Source: Minisyncoccota bacterium
GTDB lineage: Bacteria; Patescibacteriota; Microgenomatia; UBA1400; PJMF01
Direction of reading: 5' to 3'
DNA: 60,075 nt
Assembly: GCA_009991965.1 (NCBI GenBank)
Contig: JAACWQ010000007.1
Location: forward strand, 1-60,075
Shown one piece after another: positions 15,867 to 24,567 of this stretch (its first letter is position 1; every line of letters begins with the position of its first letter). The translations under genes and the position numbers were made by a program. Below the pieces are notes generated by a model. It did not search any database. It saw only the letters and a program-made list of their open reading frames with translations, and was not told where the DNA came from.

Positions 15867-17255
15867 TTACCGAATACCAAGTTCTTGCAAAACTGCAGCC
15901 ACAGTTTTGTGACTCTGATGAGAGAAGATCTTCTCTACTCCCAAGCGTTGCGCAGAACGGGCTCTAGAGTCAGCGTATGGTACCGAGCGAACTTCGCCGA
16001 GTAAACCAACTTCACCAATAAAAGCATACGAACGTGGCACTGGCTTATTGGCCAAAGAACTAGCGATGGCAACGGCAAATCCCAGATCTATCGCGGGCTC
16101 ATGGACAACAATGCCGCCTGCTACGCTCAAAAAAACGTCATATTGCGAGACTTGCAGCTTACAGTGTTTTTCGAGCACAGCTGCGAGTACTTGAATGCGC
16201 GAAAGCCCCACCCCACGACCAACTCTTCTCGGCATTGCCAGGTTAGAACGCACAACAAGTGCTTGCAACTCTATTAAAAGTGGGCGAGTTCCCTCCAAGA
16301 TACCAGCCAACACCGAACCAGGTGTGCCACTCGTGCCCTGTTGTACCAAAACGTCAGTCGGGTTGGAAACCTCCACAAAACCTTGCTCCATCATGCGAAA
16401 AACACCAACCTCGTCAGTTGCTCCAAATCGGTTTTTATAGGTACGGACGAGGCGCAAGTCGCTTGTTCGCTCACCAGAAATCTCTATAACAACATCTACT
16501 ATGTGCTCGAGCACTTTTGGCCCTGCGATGCCGCCATCTTTTGTGACATGACCAACAATAAAGACTGGCGTTGTGTGCTCTTTCGCCCACTGCGTGACAA
16601 CGCTGGTCACCGCACGAACCTGACCGACCGACCCAGCTGCGCCTGTCAACTCCTCACTACGAAAACTTTGCACGCTATCAACAATCACGAGATCGGGCTG
16701 CAACTTACTCAAAGCAACTAATGCCTTATCAATACTCTGAGTAGTAAAAAAATGCCAAGACGGGTCAGTTTTTTTCTGTTTCGAGTTTTCTTTGGCTTCA
16801 AAAGCTTGTAATCGATTGATTCGTAGGAGTATTTGTTCTGGGTTCTCTTCACCGCACAAGTACGCAATAACTGCCTGTTTTTGAGTATCTTTTGTACCCA
16901 TCACAGTTTTGAGTCCGATTTGCGTTAACAGGGTAGATTTTCCAATTCCCGGCTCGCCGGAAACCAACAAAACCGCTCCCCGCACAATCCCCACGTCTTT
17001 GTCATTTCCACCCAAAACTCTGTCTAACTCATCATAACCGCTAGAAAAACGCGAAAATGAACGGCTCAGGCGCTCGACCTCTGGTAGTGTGAGACTAGAA
17101 ATTGTCGAGTTTACTTTCTTTGCCACAACAGATGGGCCAGCAAGCGGCTCTTCGACAAGTGAGTTCCAGGTATGACACTGTGCACACTGCCCCTGCCAAC
17201 GACTAGCTTGCCACCCACATTCCTGACAGACAAAAACTGTTTCAGATCGTGCCAC
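15867..17255 (-). CDS. radA: DNA repair protein RadA/Sms
   Basis: N-terminal Zn finger CQECGWQASRWQGQCAQC, Walker A GEPGIGKSTLL, KNRFG motif, Lon-like C-terminal domain. Confidence 0.95.
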   Translation of the reverse strand: MARSETVFVCQECGWQASRWQGQCAQCHTWNSLVEEPLAGPSVVAKKVNSTISSLTLPEVERLSRSFSRFSSGYDELDRVLGGNDKDVGIVRGAVLLVSGEPGIGKSTLLTQIGLKTVMGTKDTQKQAVIAYLCGEENPEQILLRINRLQAFEAKENSKQKKTDPSWHFFTTQSIDKALVALSKLQPDLVIVDSVQSFRSEELTGAAGSVGQVRAVTSVVTQWAKEHTTPVFIVGHVTKDGGIAGPKVLEHIVDVVIEISGERTSDLRLVRTYKNRFGATDEVGVFRMMEQGFVEVSNPTDVLVQQGTSGTPGSVLAGILEGTRPLLIELQALVVRSNLAMPRRVGRGVGLSRIQVLAAVLEKHCKLQVSQYDVFLSVAGGIVVHEPAIDLGFAVAIASSLANKPVPRSYAFIGEVGLLGEVRSVPYADSRARSAQRLGVEKIFSHQSHKTVAAVLQELGIR

Positions 17256-17718
17256 GAGAATTCCTTCGTTTTTTTTCTAAAATGATCGTACTGGATATTG
17301 CGGGATTGTGTTGATGCACTACCACTACTCTACCACCTATTTCTTGCAGCAACTGTTGCTTCTCTGCCAAATGTGGAGAGTGGGATGAAACCGCAAGAAT
17401 GTCGGGATGAATTTTTTGCAACAATGCGCGATGCTCATTTGGATCCGAAAATTGTTCTGGCAACACAAAAACTTGTTCTGCGATACCAATCGCCTCCACC
17501 GCCCGTAGTCGTTCAGTTTGAGAATGATATGGTCTCATTTCTCCCTTTATCTGACGAACTCTCACGTCACTTTCGATACCAACGAGCAATACATCTCCAC
17601 ACTCTTTTGCCTTACGCAAAAACGCAACATGTTCCTTATGCAGGTGGTCAAACACGCCGGTCACCAGTACCACAACTTTTTTTTCTGTCATGCAAGTGCT
17701 TGCAACAACTCCCGCCAA
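17242..17718 (-). CDS. Cytidylyltransferase-family nucleotidyltransferase (stand-alone, ~150 aa)
   Basis: VVVLVTGVFDHLHKEHVAFLRKAKECGDVLLVGIESD resembles the (H/T)xGH Rossmann nucleotidyltransferases (TagD / RfaE-II / RibL type). The start may be Met10 (17691). Confidence 0.6.
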   Translation of the reverse strand: MAGVVASTCMTEKKVVVLVTGVFDHLHKEHVAFLRKAKECGDVLLVGIESDVRVRQIKGEMRPYHSQTERLRAVEAIGIAEQVFVLPEQFSDPNEHRALLQKIHPDILAVSSHSPHLAEKQQLLQEIGGRVVVVHQHNPAISSTIILEKKRRNSRGTI

Positions 17719-18557
17719 CGAGCGGTAATACTAGTATGTGTATCTCTAGGATGGAAATAGGCAGACGAATAACTCACCAACTCTCTCGTCATAGCCGATC
17801 GCATATACCAACGCTGGAGTGCGTAAGCTCCTGCATTAAAAACCACCGGTGAGGGTGCAAAAGAATTGCGGTCCGAGTACTGCGTCAAGCTCAAAACATT
17901 TCTATATGCATTGGGAATCACTCGACCAACCCATGCGTTGGCGAGCAAAAATAATTGTTTAGTGTTCCCTCTATCAAAAATCCAATCAGCCTGTAGCACT
18001 TCAAATGCTGTATAGACACTGTGTTTTTCGCTTGGCAAAGAAAGATCGTGGCTCTCAAGCCACATATTAAAACACCAACCGCTGGTGTGGGCATTTTTGC
18101 GAGAGCGATACTTGCCGAGCAACAAGCTAAGGAAAACTAGAATCGCTCGAGAAATCCAAAGTGTTTGTGGCATGGTAATGAGCAAAAAATCGAGATCATC
18201 ATTGTTGCGCGCCTGCCGCATTGCGACCGATCCTGTCACCGCCACGCCAGTAATCCAAGGGATAAATCGACAAAGTGTTACCACTTCATCCAACTGCTCT
18301 CGTTTTTGCTGAGCACGCTGTTCGCTGGTGAGTCGAAGCTGTATATCTGTCACACGTCCTGGTAAAAATACATATCCCGCTTGGTACTCAAGACGACCAC
18401 GCTCAACCAGCCACAGTAATTCCGCAACAAATACGGCTTTTGAAAAAGCAGCATTCTGACGCGTCAACAAGCGAAGCCAAAGTTCGCTAACCTGCAATGG
18501 ATATGAAAATTGCGCCGAGTACGCCACCGTCAAAATGATGGCTGATCGATAAGTCAT
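17688..18557 (-). CDS. Hypothetical protein with a Pol-beta-type nucleotidyltransferase-like motif
   Basis: Only weak evidence: VAVTGSVAMRQARNNDDLDFLLI resembles the GS...DxD nucleotidyltransferase signature. Coding potential is supported by ORF length and operon packing. Confidence 0.4.
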   Translation of the reverse strand: MTYRSAIILTVAYSAQFSYPLQVSELWLRLLTRQNAAFSKAVFVAELLWLVERGRLEYQAGYVFLPGRVTDIQLRLTSEQRAQQKREQLDEVVTLCRFIPWITGVAVTGSVAMRQARNNDDLDFLLITMPQTLWISRAILVFLSLLLGKYRSRKNAHTSGWCFNMWLESHDLSLPSEKHSVYTAFEVLQADWIFDRGNTKQLFLLANAWVGRVIPNAYRNVLSLTQYSDRNSFAPSPVVFNAGAYALQRWYMRSAMTRELVSYSSAYFHPRDTHTSITARWRELLQALA

Positions 18558-18584
18558 ACCCGCATTATACTTGGTGAAAAACGC

Positions 18585-20312
18585 TTATTTTGCTGAAAAT
18601 TGCTGCAGTGTTTGGGCTGTACCCTGCTCAACTTCTGTTAACACAGAACTCATGCTACTGCTACCAAGGAGGCCCGTTACTGCATTTTCATAGTAGCCGA
18701 TCATCTGATCGTTGATACCAGCGTCAAATGTATTGGAGCTTAGGTACCAACCGCTCGCAAACGGAGCATCTTGCAAAAATGGTCGAACAAGCTCATTGCT
18801 AGCCGCTTGATCAGCCAAATCTGTTCTCGAGTAAATTTCACCAAACGGACGAACAGCAGCCTGATCAGAATACAGTTTCAACTGAACTTCTTTGCTGCTC
18901 AAATACTTCAGTAACTTCCAGGCTATATCTTGCTGTTTACTCTGCTGACTCACTCCTTCTGCCCAGTACGATGCCCAAGCAATTCTCGTGTCACTCAATT
19001 GTGGCACCGGAGCAACGCCAAATTTAAGATCAGGGTTAATTGCTGCAATGTCATGCGCCCTCCAGGAAGGGGCGAAAAACATGGCCGTTTCACCTCGAGC
19101 AAAAGCCGTTGTTGAACTTGGCAGCGTACTGTTCCACACACCATCAGCTTTTTGAAAGTTGGTGTAAAACAACAGCGCATCTCGCGCCTCAGCAGAGTTT
19201 GGTTTAGCTAGGTCAGCACCATTTTGCAACATGAGGAGTGCAACAATATCAGAAAAGTGGTCAACATTGACCGCATTGCCAAGGGCGACACCACCACGTT
19301 GAATTGTGGAGCCAGATTTAATCGTGAGTTTTGCAGCCAACGTGCGCAACTCTGACCAAGTCTTTGGTGGATCGACCGCCGCTGTAGTCAATGCTTCTTT
19401 GTTATAAAAAAGCGCGAGTCCATCGTACATGAGTGGAATGCCAACCAACTGGCCTTGTACTTGCAATTGGCTTGCTGCAGCAGGATAAAACGTCTTCTGA
19501 AACTCAGAAGCTGAGTAAACTGAGGACGGCATGCGAGCGAGCTCAGCAGAAAGCGACGGAGTCCATGATGCGTGAAATCGAAATACGTCTGGCCCATTGC
19601 CCGAAGCAATTGCTGTTTGCAATCGCTGGCGATAATCTCGATACGACTGCTTTGTGTAACGAACAGAAACACCAGGATTTTCCTTTTCAAAATCTGCCAA
19701 AACCTGTGTCATTACCTCCGCTGGCTCCCACAAACCCCAGTACTCAATCGTCGTCGCTTGTGCAGTTTGTGCCGCAGGCGCCGCAGTTTTGCTCCCCGCA
19801 CCAGAACTGGAACCCGAAGAACTTGGCGGTGTGACAGAAGTACTTTTGCCACCAGAAAATGTTTTAATTGCCATAAAAATACCACCGACCACAACCAAGG
19901 CTATGAGCGCAAATGGCAAAAATCGCAAGGGTGATTTCTTTAAGCTTGCCAGCTTAGCCGCTGGTGCAGTAGCACCCTTCGTTTTTTCTGGCACTACCTT
20001 GATCATGTCAGAAACCGATTGTGGGGACGTAGGCGCTGTTTTATTCTCGAGGTCAGGAACATTTTGTGACAATTTTGTATTTGGTACCTGAGAACTTGAC
20101 ATTGAAGAAAGAGCGGTCAGCGTGCTCGGGGGCAAGACAGGAGCTGTCTTTGTAGCAACTGGTTGGAATCTTGATGGAGGCAGCGCAGAAGTAGGTGCTG
20201 AACTCAGTGGCCGGGGCGCGGGGATTGTTGGCTTTGGCGGAACTACTTGTGGTGTCGTACTTGGAACTGGTGAGCTCGGTGGTGTTGGTTTTGGTAGTAC
20301 AGTATCAGGCAT
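18585..20312 (-). CDS. Membrane-anchored extracellular solute-binding protein (ABC family-1 type) with a Pro/Ser-rich N-terminus
   Basis: About 130 aa of P/S/T-rich sequence, then one TM (LRFLPFALIALVVVGGIFMAI), then an SBP-like body (TIEYWGLWEP..., DVFRFHASWTP..., GIPLMYDGLALFYNKE). No permease or ATPase genes are adjacent. Confidence 0.7.
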   Translation of the reverse strand: MPDTVLPKPTPPSSPVPSTTPQVVPPKPTIPAPRPLSSAPTSALPPSRFQPVATKTAPVLPPSTLTALSSMSSSQVPNTKLSQNVPDLENKTAPTSPQSVSDMIKVVPEKTKGATAPAAKLASLKKSPLRFLPFALIALVVVGGIFMAIKTFSGGKSTSVTPPSSSGSSSGAGSKTAAPAAQTAQATTIEYWGLWEPAEVMTQVLADFEKENPGVSVRYTKQSYRDYRQRLQTAIASGNGPDVFRFHASWTPSLSAELARMPSSVYSASEFQKTFYPAAASQLQVQGQLVGIPLMYDGLALFYNKEALTTAAVDPPKTWSELRTLAAKLTIKSGSTIQRGGVALGNAVNVDHFSDIVALLMLQNGADLAKPNSAEARDALLFYTNFQKADGVWNSTLPSSTTAFARGETAMFFAPSWRAHDIAAINPDLKFGVAPVPQLSDTRIAWASYWAEGVSQQSKQQDIAWKLLKYLSSKEVQLKLYSDQAAVRPFGEIYSRTDLADQAASNELVRPFLQDAPFASGWYLSSNTFDAGINDQMIGYYENAVTGLLGSSSMSSVLTEVEQGTAQTLQQFSAK

Positions 20313-20393
20313 GGCAGAAATTGTGCTCTAGTCATCAAGGCGGCAATTTGCCACAATAGAGTAACTAGACAGTATTTATCATAGCACGCACAC

Positions 20394-22166
20394 ATGCCAT
20401 TGTCGCCAACTTTTTTTCAGTCGCACTCCAGAATTCTCATCCATTTGGCTGCAATTATTGCTCTGCTCTGCGGCTTAGTCGTTGTTGGACTTTTTGTTCG
20501 CTACCACCATCGTATGCTACCCAACATATATATAGATGACCAATTGGTCGGCGGCTACACCGCGCTCGAAACCCGCGAGCTACTCATAGCACATGCAGGC
20601 CAAGTAGCAGAGCACAAATTTACTATCGTCGTAGACGACATTGCAGTCGCAAGCAGCTCGAGTGAACTTGGGCTGTCTCGCATGATTGATCAAGAACTAG
20701 AAAAAGCCTTCGCGATCGGTCGGCAAGGTTCTCTTTTGCATCGAGTGAACGCGTTTGTCACAGCGCTCTTCAAAAAACAGTCCTTTACTACTAGACTCGC
20801 GTATCAAAAACAACCGCTCACAGATCTCATTACCAAACTTGCAACTCAAGTTGATTATCCTGGCATCGAACCACAAGCAACACTCAAATACAGCGGGAGC
20901 GTACGGTCGCTCAAAATTGATCCAGGCTCATTTGGCAGAAAAGTGAATCAAGCAGCTACTCGTGAAGCAGCCGTGCGCGCTGCAAATCAAGGTACATTTG
21001 AAATTACTGCTGTCGTCGCTTCGACCTCCGGCGAACTGAGTGAGTTTGAAGCATTGGCCGCCCAAGAGAGGGCCGCAAAATTTGTTGGCAAAAAAATTAC
21101 ACTGAAAAACGAAGACCAAAGCGTAACCCTGCGAGATCAAAAGCTCGTTCAGTTGCTTGCCTTCCCTACTGGTGTCAACGAACATGCGGTTACGGAGTTG
21201 CTTACCAATTGGGAAAGTACATATTATCGAGAAGCAAAAGAACCTGTTTTTGAGTACGATGAACACACGCTTATCGTTGCTTCTTTTGTGGCACCTCAAG
21301 ATGGCACCAAGCTTTCTGTGGGTGAGGCACGCACAAATTTGCTTGAGGCAATGACGCGCATTGAATCTGGAGACGAGACAGAGATACAACGAGCAGAACT
21401 TCCACTGCGCCGCAGCCCTCCTACGCGCTCACTTGGCGAAACCAACTCGCTTGGCATCAAAGAGCGTATTGGCCTCGGCACAAGTGAATACGCCCACTCT
21501 ATTCCCAATCGTATTTTGAATGTCGCACTTACCACTGGCAAAATCTCCTTACATATTATTCCACCAGGCAAAGAATTTTCTTTCAACAAAACACTCGGCG
21601 AAGTTTCCGCCAAAACAGGATTTCGCTCTGCCTACGTGATCAAAAATGGTCAAACTGAGCTTGGCGATGGTGGGGGCGTTTGCCAGGTAAGCACCACCTT
21701 GTTTCGGGCTGTGCTCAACGCTGGACTCGAGGTCACTCGACGCCTCCCCCATAGCTACCGGGTTAGCTACTACGAGCTAGACAACAAACCAGGAATTGAT
21801 GCAACCGTCTATGCGGGCGACACTGACTTTCGCTTTATTAATGATACTGGAAATTATATTCTGGTGTATGGCGAAGCAAATAGCGACAACCTCAGTATGA
21901 AAATCGAGCTGTACGGCACTAGCGACGGTCGTACGAGCGAAATTGTTGATCACGTCACCTGGAATCCACGCCCGCCACTGCCCGCTCAATACATCCCAAC
22001 CACTGCGCTTCCAGCGGGAAAACTGCAGCAAGTCGATTGGTCGGCACCAGGCATCAGTGCCAAATTCACCAATATTGTAAAAGATAAAAATGGTAATGAA
22101 CTCCACAACGACACCTACACTTCTGTCTATCGACCGTGGGCAGCCAAGTTTTTGCAGGGGGTATAA
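20394..22166 (+). CDS. VanW-family protein with an N-terminal TM anchor
   Basis: The C-terminal GGGVCQVSTTLFRAVLNAGLEVTRRLPHSYRVSYY is the VanW signature. Confidence 0.85.
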   Translation: MPLSPTFFQSHSRILIHLAAIIALLCGLVVVGLFVRYHHRMLPNIYIDDQLVGGYTALETRELLIAHAGQVAEHKFTIVVDDIAVASSSSELGLSRMIDQELEKAFAIGRQGSLLHRVNAFVTALFKKQSFTTRLAYQKQPLTDLITKLATQVDYPGIEPQATLKYSGSVRSLKIDPGSFGRKVNQAATREAAVRAANQGTFEITAVVASTSGELSEFEALAAQERAAKFVGKKITLKNEDQSVTLRDQKLVQLLAFPTGVNEHAVTELLTNWESTYYREAKEPVFEYDEHTLIVASFVAPQDGTKLSVGEARTNLLEAMTRIESGDETEIQRAELPLRRSPPTRSLGETNSLGIKERIGLGTSEYAHSIPNRILNVALTTGKISLHIIPPGKEFSFNKTLGEVSAKTGFRSAYVIKNGQTELGDGGGVCQVSTTLFRAVLNAGLEVTRRLPHSYRVSYYELDNKPGIDATVYAGDTDFRFINDTGNYILVYGEANSDNLSMKIELYGTSDGRTSEIVDHVTWNPRPPLPAQYIPTTALPAGKLQQVDWSAPGISAKFTNIVKDKNGNELHNDTYTSVYRPWAAKFLQGV

Positions 22167-22222
22167 AAATACATACATACCCGTGATACACTATCAGTAG
22201 TACATCTAGAGGAGAACTCCGT

Positions 22223-22432
22223 ATGCATGAAAATGAACAATCACTCTCGCCAGAAGAAGAAGCTAGATTAAAAGCACTTACTGAAGCTGCCGCTCAAACT
22301 ATTTCTGAAAAACAACTGAAGTCAGGAAGTGCTCGTCTGCTGGCAGCTATCCAAAATGGAGATCCCGACGAAACAGTACCTGTTGAGGAAGATGACAGTG
22401 AGTCATCTGAACCTAAGTCAGAAGCTGAGTAA
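22223..22432 (+). CDS. Small acidic hypothetical protein (69 aa)
   Basis: A GGAGG RBS lies 8 nt upstream of the ATG. Highly acidic C-terminus (VPVEEDDSESSEPKSEAE). No family recognised. Confidence 0.4.
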   Translation: MHENEQSLSPEEEARLKALTEAAAQTISEKQLKSGSARLLAAIQNGDPDETVPVEEDDSESSEPKSEAE

Positions 22433-22449
22433 ACGAGAGGTGCAACTAC

Positions 22450-22953
22450 TTACTCTATTTTCTGGCAACTTCTAATTAGTGCCTCGGGCGATAGTTTTTC
22501 TATAACGAATTCACTAACCAAACCATAATCTGATAGTGGTAGGTTTTTTGTTCCCTCCCACTCAGGTTTCCATGGAGCAGCAATAATGAGTTGAGTGAGT
22601 GATGCAATTTCTGGTGGAATAATAAAATTGTCAGACTCTATGTCAAGAGTTTTTGCTTCGGGATGAGCTGATGCTCTGTGCTGTTCAAGATCTTCTCTTT
22701 TTACTCGACAAACTAGAAATCTTCCTCCAGGTTGACCACTAATTCTTTGTCTGCAGTAGGTAGCTAGCGCCTCAATTGAGTCTGTAAACCACATACCTAC
22801 TATGCTCAGCTCAGATACCTCACCTACTCTAGCTTGATTAAATGGCTTATTAGGATTTTCAAATCTATAAAGGGTAATGTAATTTGGATCTGCGTATACT
22901 TCAGAAAGTGCGGTGTTTTTGACTTCTAATTGAGTTTCAAGGTTATTCATCAT
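22450..22953 (-). CDS. Hypothetical protein (167 aa), no family recognised
   Basis: Clean ORF in an AT-rich stretch, convergent with the 69-aa gene. No motif I can name with confidence. Confidence 0.45.
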   Translation of the reverse strand: MMNNLETQLEVKNTALSEVYADPNYITLYRFENPNKPFNQARVGEVSELSIVGMWFTDSIEALATYCRQRISGQPGGRFLVCRVKREDLEQHRASAHPEAKTLDIESDNFIIPPEIASLTQLIIAAPWKPEWEGTKNLPLSDYGLVSEFVIEKLSPEALIRSCQKIE

Positions 22954-23020
22954 TGGTTAACACTCACCATATTGTTGACTTCAACAAAATGATTTTTGGC
23001 TGATATTTAGATAGAAATAA

Positions 23021-23776
23021 TCATCTTTTACTCATCATATTCCCCATCCCCTCAACTGCGCGCAGCACCTCAAGTGGAACCGCAAAAATAACGGTATTTG
23101 ATTGATCAGAAGAAATGTCATTGATCGAGTTAAGAGTACGCAGATGCAGAGCGCCAGGTGTTGATGCCATCATGCTAGCCGCCTTCATCAGATTTTCTGC
23201 CGCGAGCACCTCACCCTCACTACTAATAATAGTAGCGCGCTTTTCTCGTTCGGCCTCAGCCTGCTTCGCCATCGTACGCACCATGGTCTCTGGCAACTCG
23301 ATATCTTTAAGCTCCACTGCCTCGACATCGACACCCCATTGATCAGTAGTTTTGTCGACCGATTCGAGAATTTGCTCAGCAATTTTTTCGCGATTACTCA
23401 ACAGTTCATCGAGTGTCGCCTCGCCAGCGACTCTGCGCATGGTTGTTTGTGCCAGCTGAGACACTGCCCAAAGCACATCTTCCACCTCGTTAATTGACTT
23501 GGCCGCATCAGCAATTTTGTAATAAATCACTGCGTTCATTTTGCACGAAACGTTATCGCGCGTAATGGTCTCTTGCTTTGGCACATCAACCGCCTTAGTA
23601 CGGATGTCTACTTTGCGAAAGGTTTGAAATATCGGCCAAATAAAGCGCCAACCGGGCTGAATAATGCTGGTAAAACGACCCATGGTGTACACCACTCCCC
23701 GCTCGTATTGATTGATCTGCTTGAGAAAAGACAGAAAGAAAACTATTACTGCTCCGAAAAAAATGAGGCTGCCCAT
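23021..23776 (-). CDS. SPFH/band-7 (stomatin/prohibitin-like) membrane protein
   Basis: TM (MGSLIFFGAVIVFFLSFL) followed by an SPFH body (YERGVVYTMGRF..., ...DVEAVELKDIELPE..., AEAEREKRA). Start moved to Met52 (AAGGA RBS 6 nt upstream), which removes the overlap with the divergent vapB gene. Confidence 0.85.
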   Translation of the reverse strand: MGSLIFFGAVIVFFLSFLKQINQYERGVVYTMGRFTSIIQPGWRFIWPIFQTFRKVDIRTKAVDVPKQETITRDNVSCKMNAVIYYKIADAAKSINEVEDVLWAVSQLAQTTMRRVAGEATLDELLSNREKIAEQILESVDKTTDQWGVDVEAVELKDIELPETMVRTMAKQAEAEREKRATIISSEGEVLAAENLMKAASMMASTPGALHLRTLNSINDISSDQSNTVIFAVPLEVLRAVEGMGNMMSKR

Positions 23777-23857
23777 GGTGATCCTTAATTTGCTGACACT
23801 ATAAGTAGTATAGCGCACTTGCAAGAGCCATAATTTTATACTAAAATTACTACTAGT

Positions 23858-24157
23858 ATGAAAATTCAAACTATAATTCGACCAAATCAAAAAGGGCAAA
23901 TTGTCATTCCAAAAGCAGTGAGAAAACAATTGGGTATAGATAGCAAAAGTCAGTTACATCTCATCACCTCAGGCACCTCACTCATCATTACTCTTCTAGA
24001 TGATCAAGAATTTCCAAAAATAGCTGAGACACAAACGTATGCAGATGTTCTGGCAGAAACTAAGGGTTCGTGGGCTGGCGACCCTTGGTTGGAGACCGAA
24101 AAAGCAAGAGAAAAAAATGAGCTTGCCGCTGCCGAGGATCGGAAACAGTCGTGGTAA
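23858..24157 (+). CDS. vapB: AbrB/MazE/SpoVT-fold antitoxin (VapB-like)
   Basis: IRPNQKGQIVIPKAVRKQLGIDSKSQLHL is a SpoVT/AbrB swapped-hairpin motif. Overlaps the downstream PIN gene by 7 nt. Confidence 0.8.
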   Translation: MKIQTIIRPNQKGQIVIPKAVRKQLGIDSKSQLHLITSGTSLIITLLDDQEFPKIAETQTYADVLAETKGSWAGDPWLETEKAREKNELAAAEDRKQSW

Positions 24158-24537
24158 TTCTTGATACCAATATTATTATTGACCATCTTCGACTCAGCGG
24201 CACACAGCCATCCCAATTAGAAATGCTGGTGAAAAAACTGCCAGACGACGACCTTGGCCTCTCAGTTATTTCAATTCAAGAGCTCTTTGCAGGCCAAAGT
24301 ACGAAGGATCCAAACAAAGCAACCTTATTGCTCAAAACCATCAGACCGTTGCGCGTGTTGGAATATTCCACACAGGTAGCAAAACTTGCTGGCGAGCTTG
24401 CTCGAGACCTCACCGCTCTAATTACTTTTGCAGACGCTGCAATAGCAGCTACTGCCCTGGAAAACCACTGCGTGCTTGCAACCCTAAATAACAAGCATTT
24501 TTCTCAAATTTCCAAACTTCGGCTGGTAAAAATCTAA
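24151..24537 (+). CDS. vapC: PIN-domain toxin (VapC-like)
   Basis: MVILDTNIIIDHLR (first PIN Asp), ...ISIQELFAG..., ...FADAAIAATAL..., ...LATLNNKHF. Confidence 0.85.
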   Translation: MVILDTNIIIDHLRLSGTQPSQLEMLVKKLPDDDLGLSVISIQELFAGQSTKDPNKATLLLKTIRPLRVLEYSTQVAKLAGELARDLTALITFADAAIAATALENHCVLATLNNKHFSQISKLRLVKI

Positions 24538-24567
24538 AGCTCTCTCCCGTCTGCTACAATCAAACTC

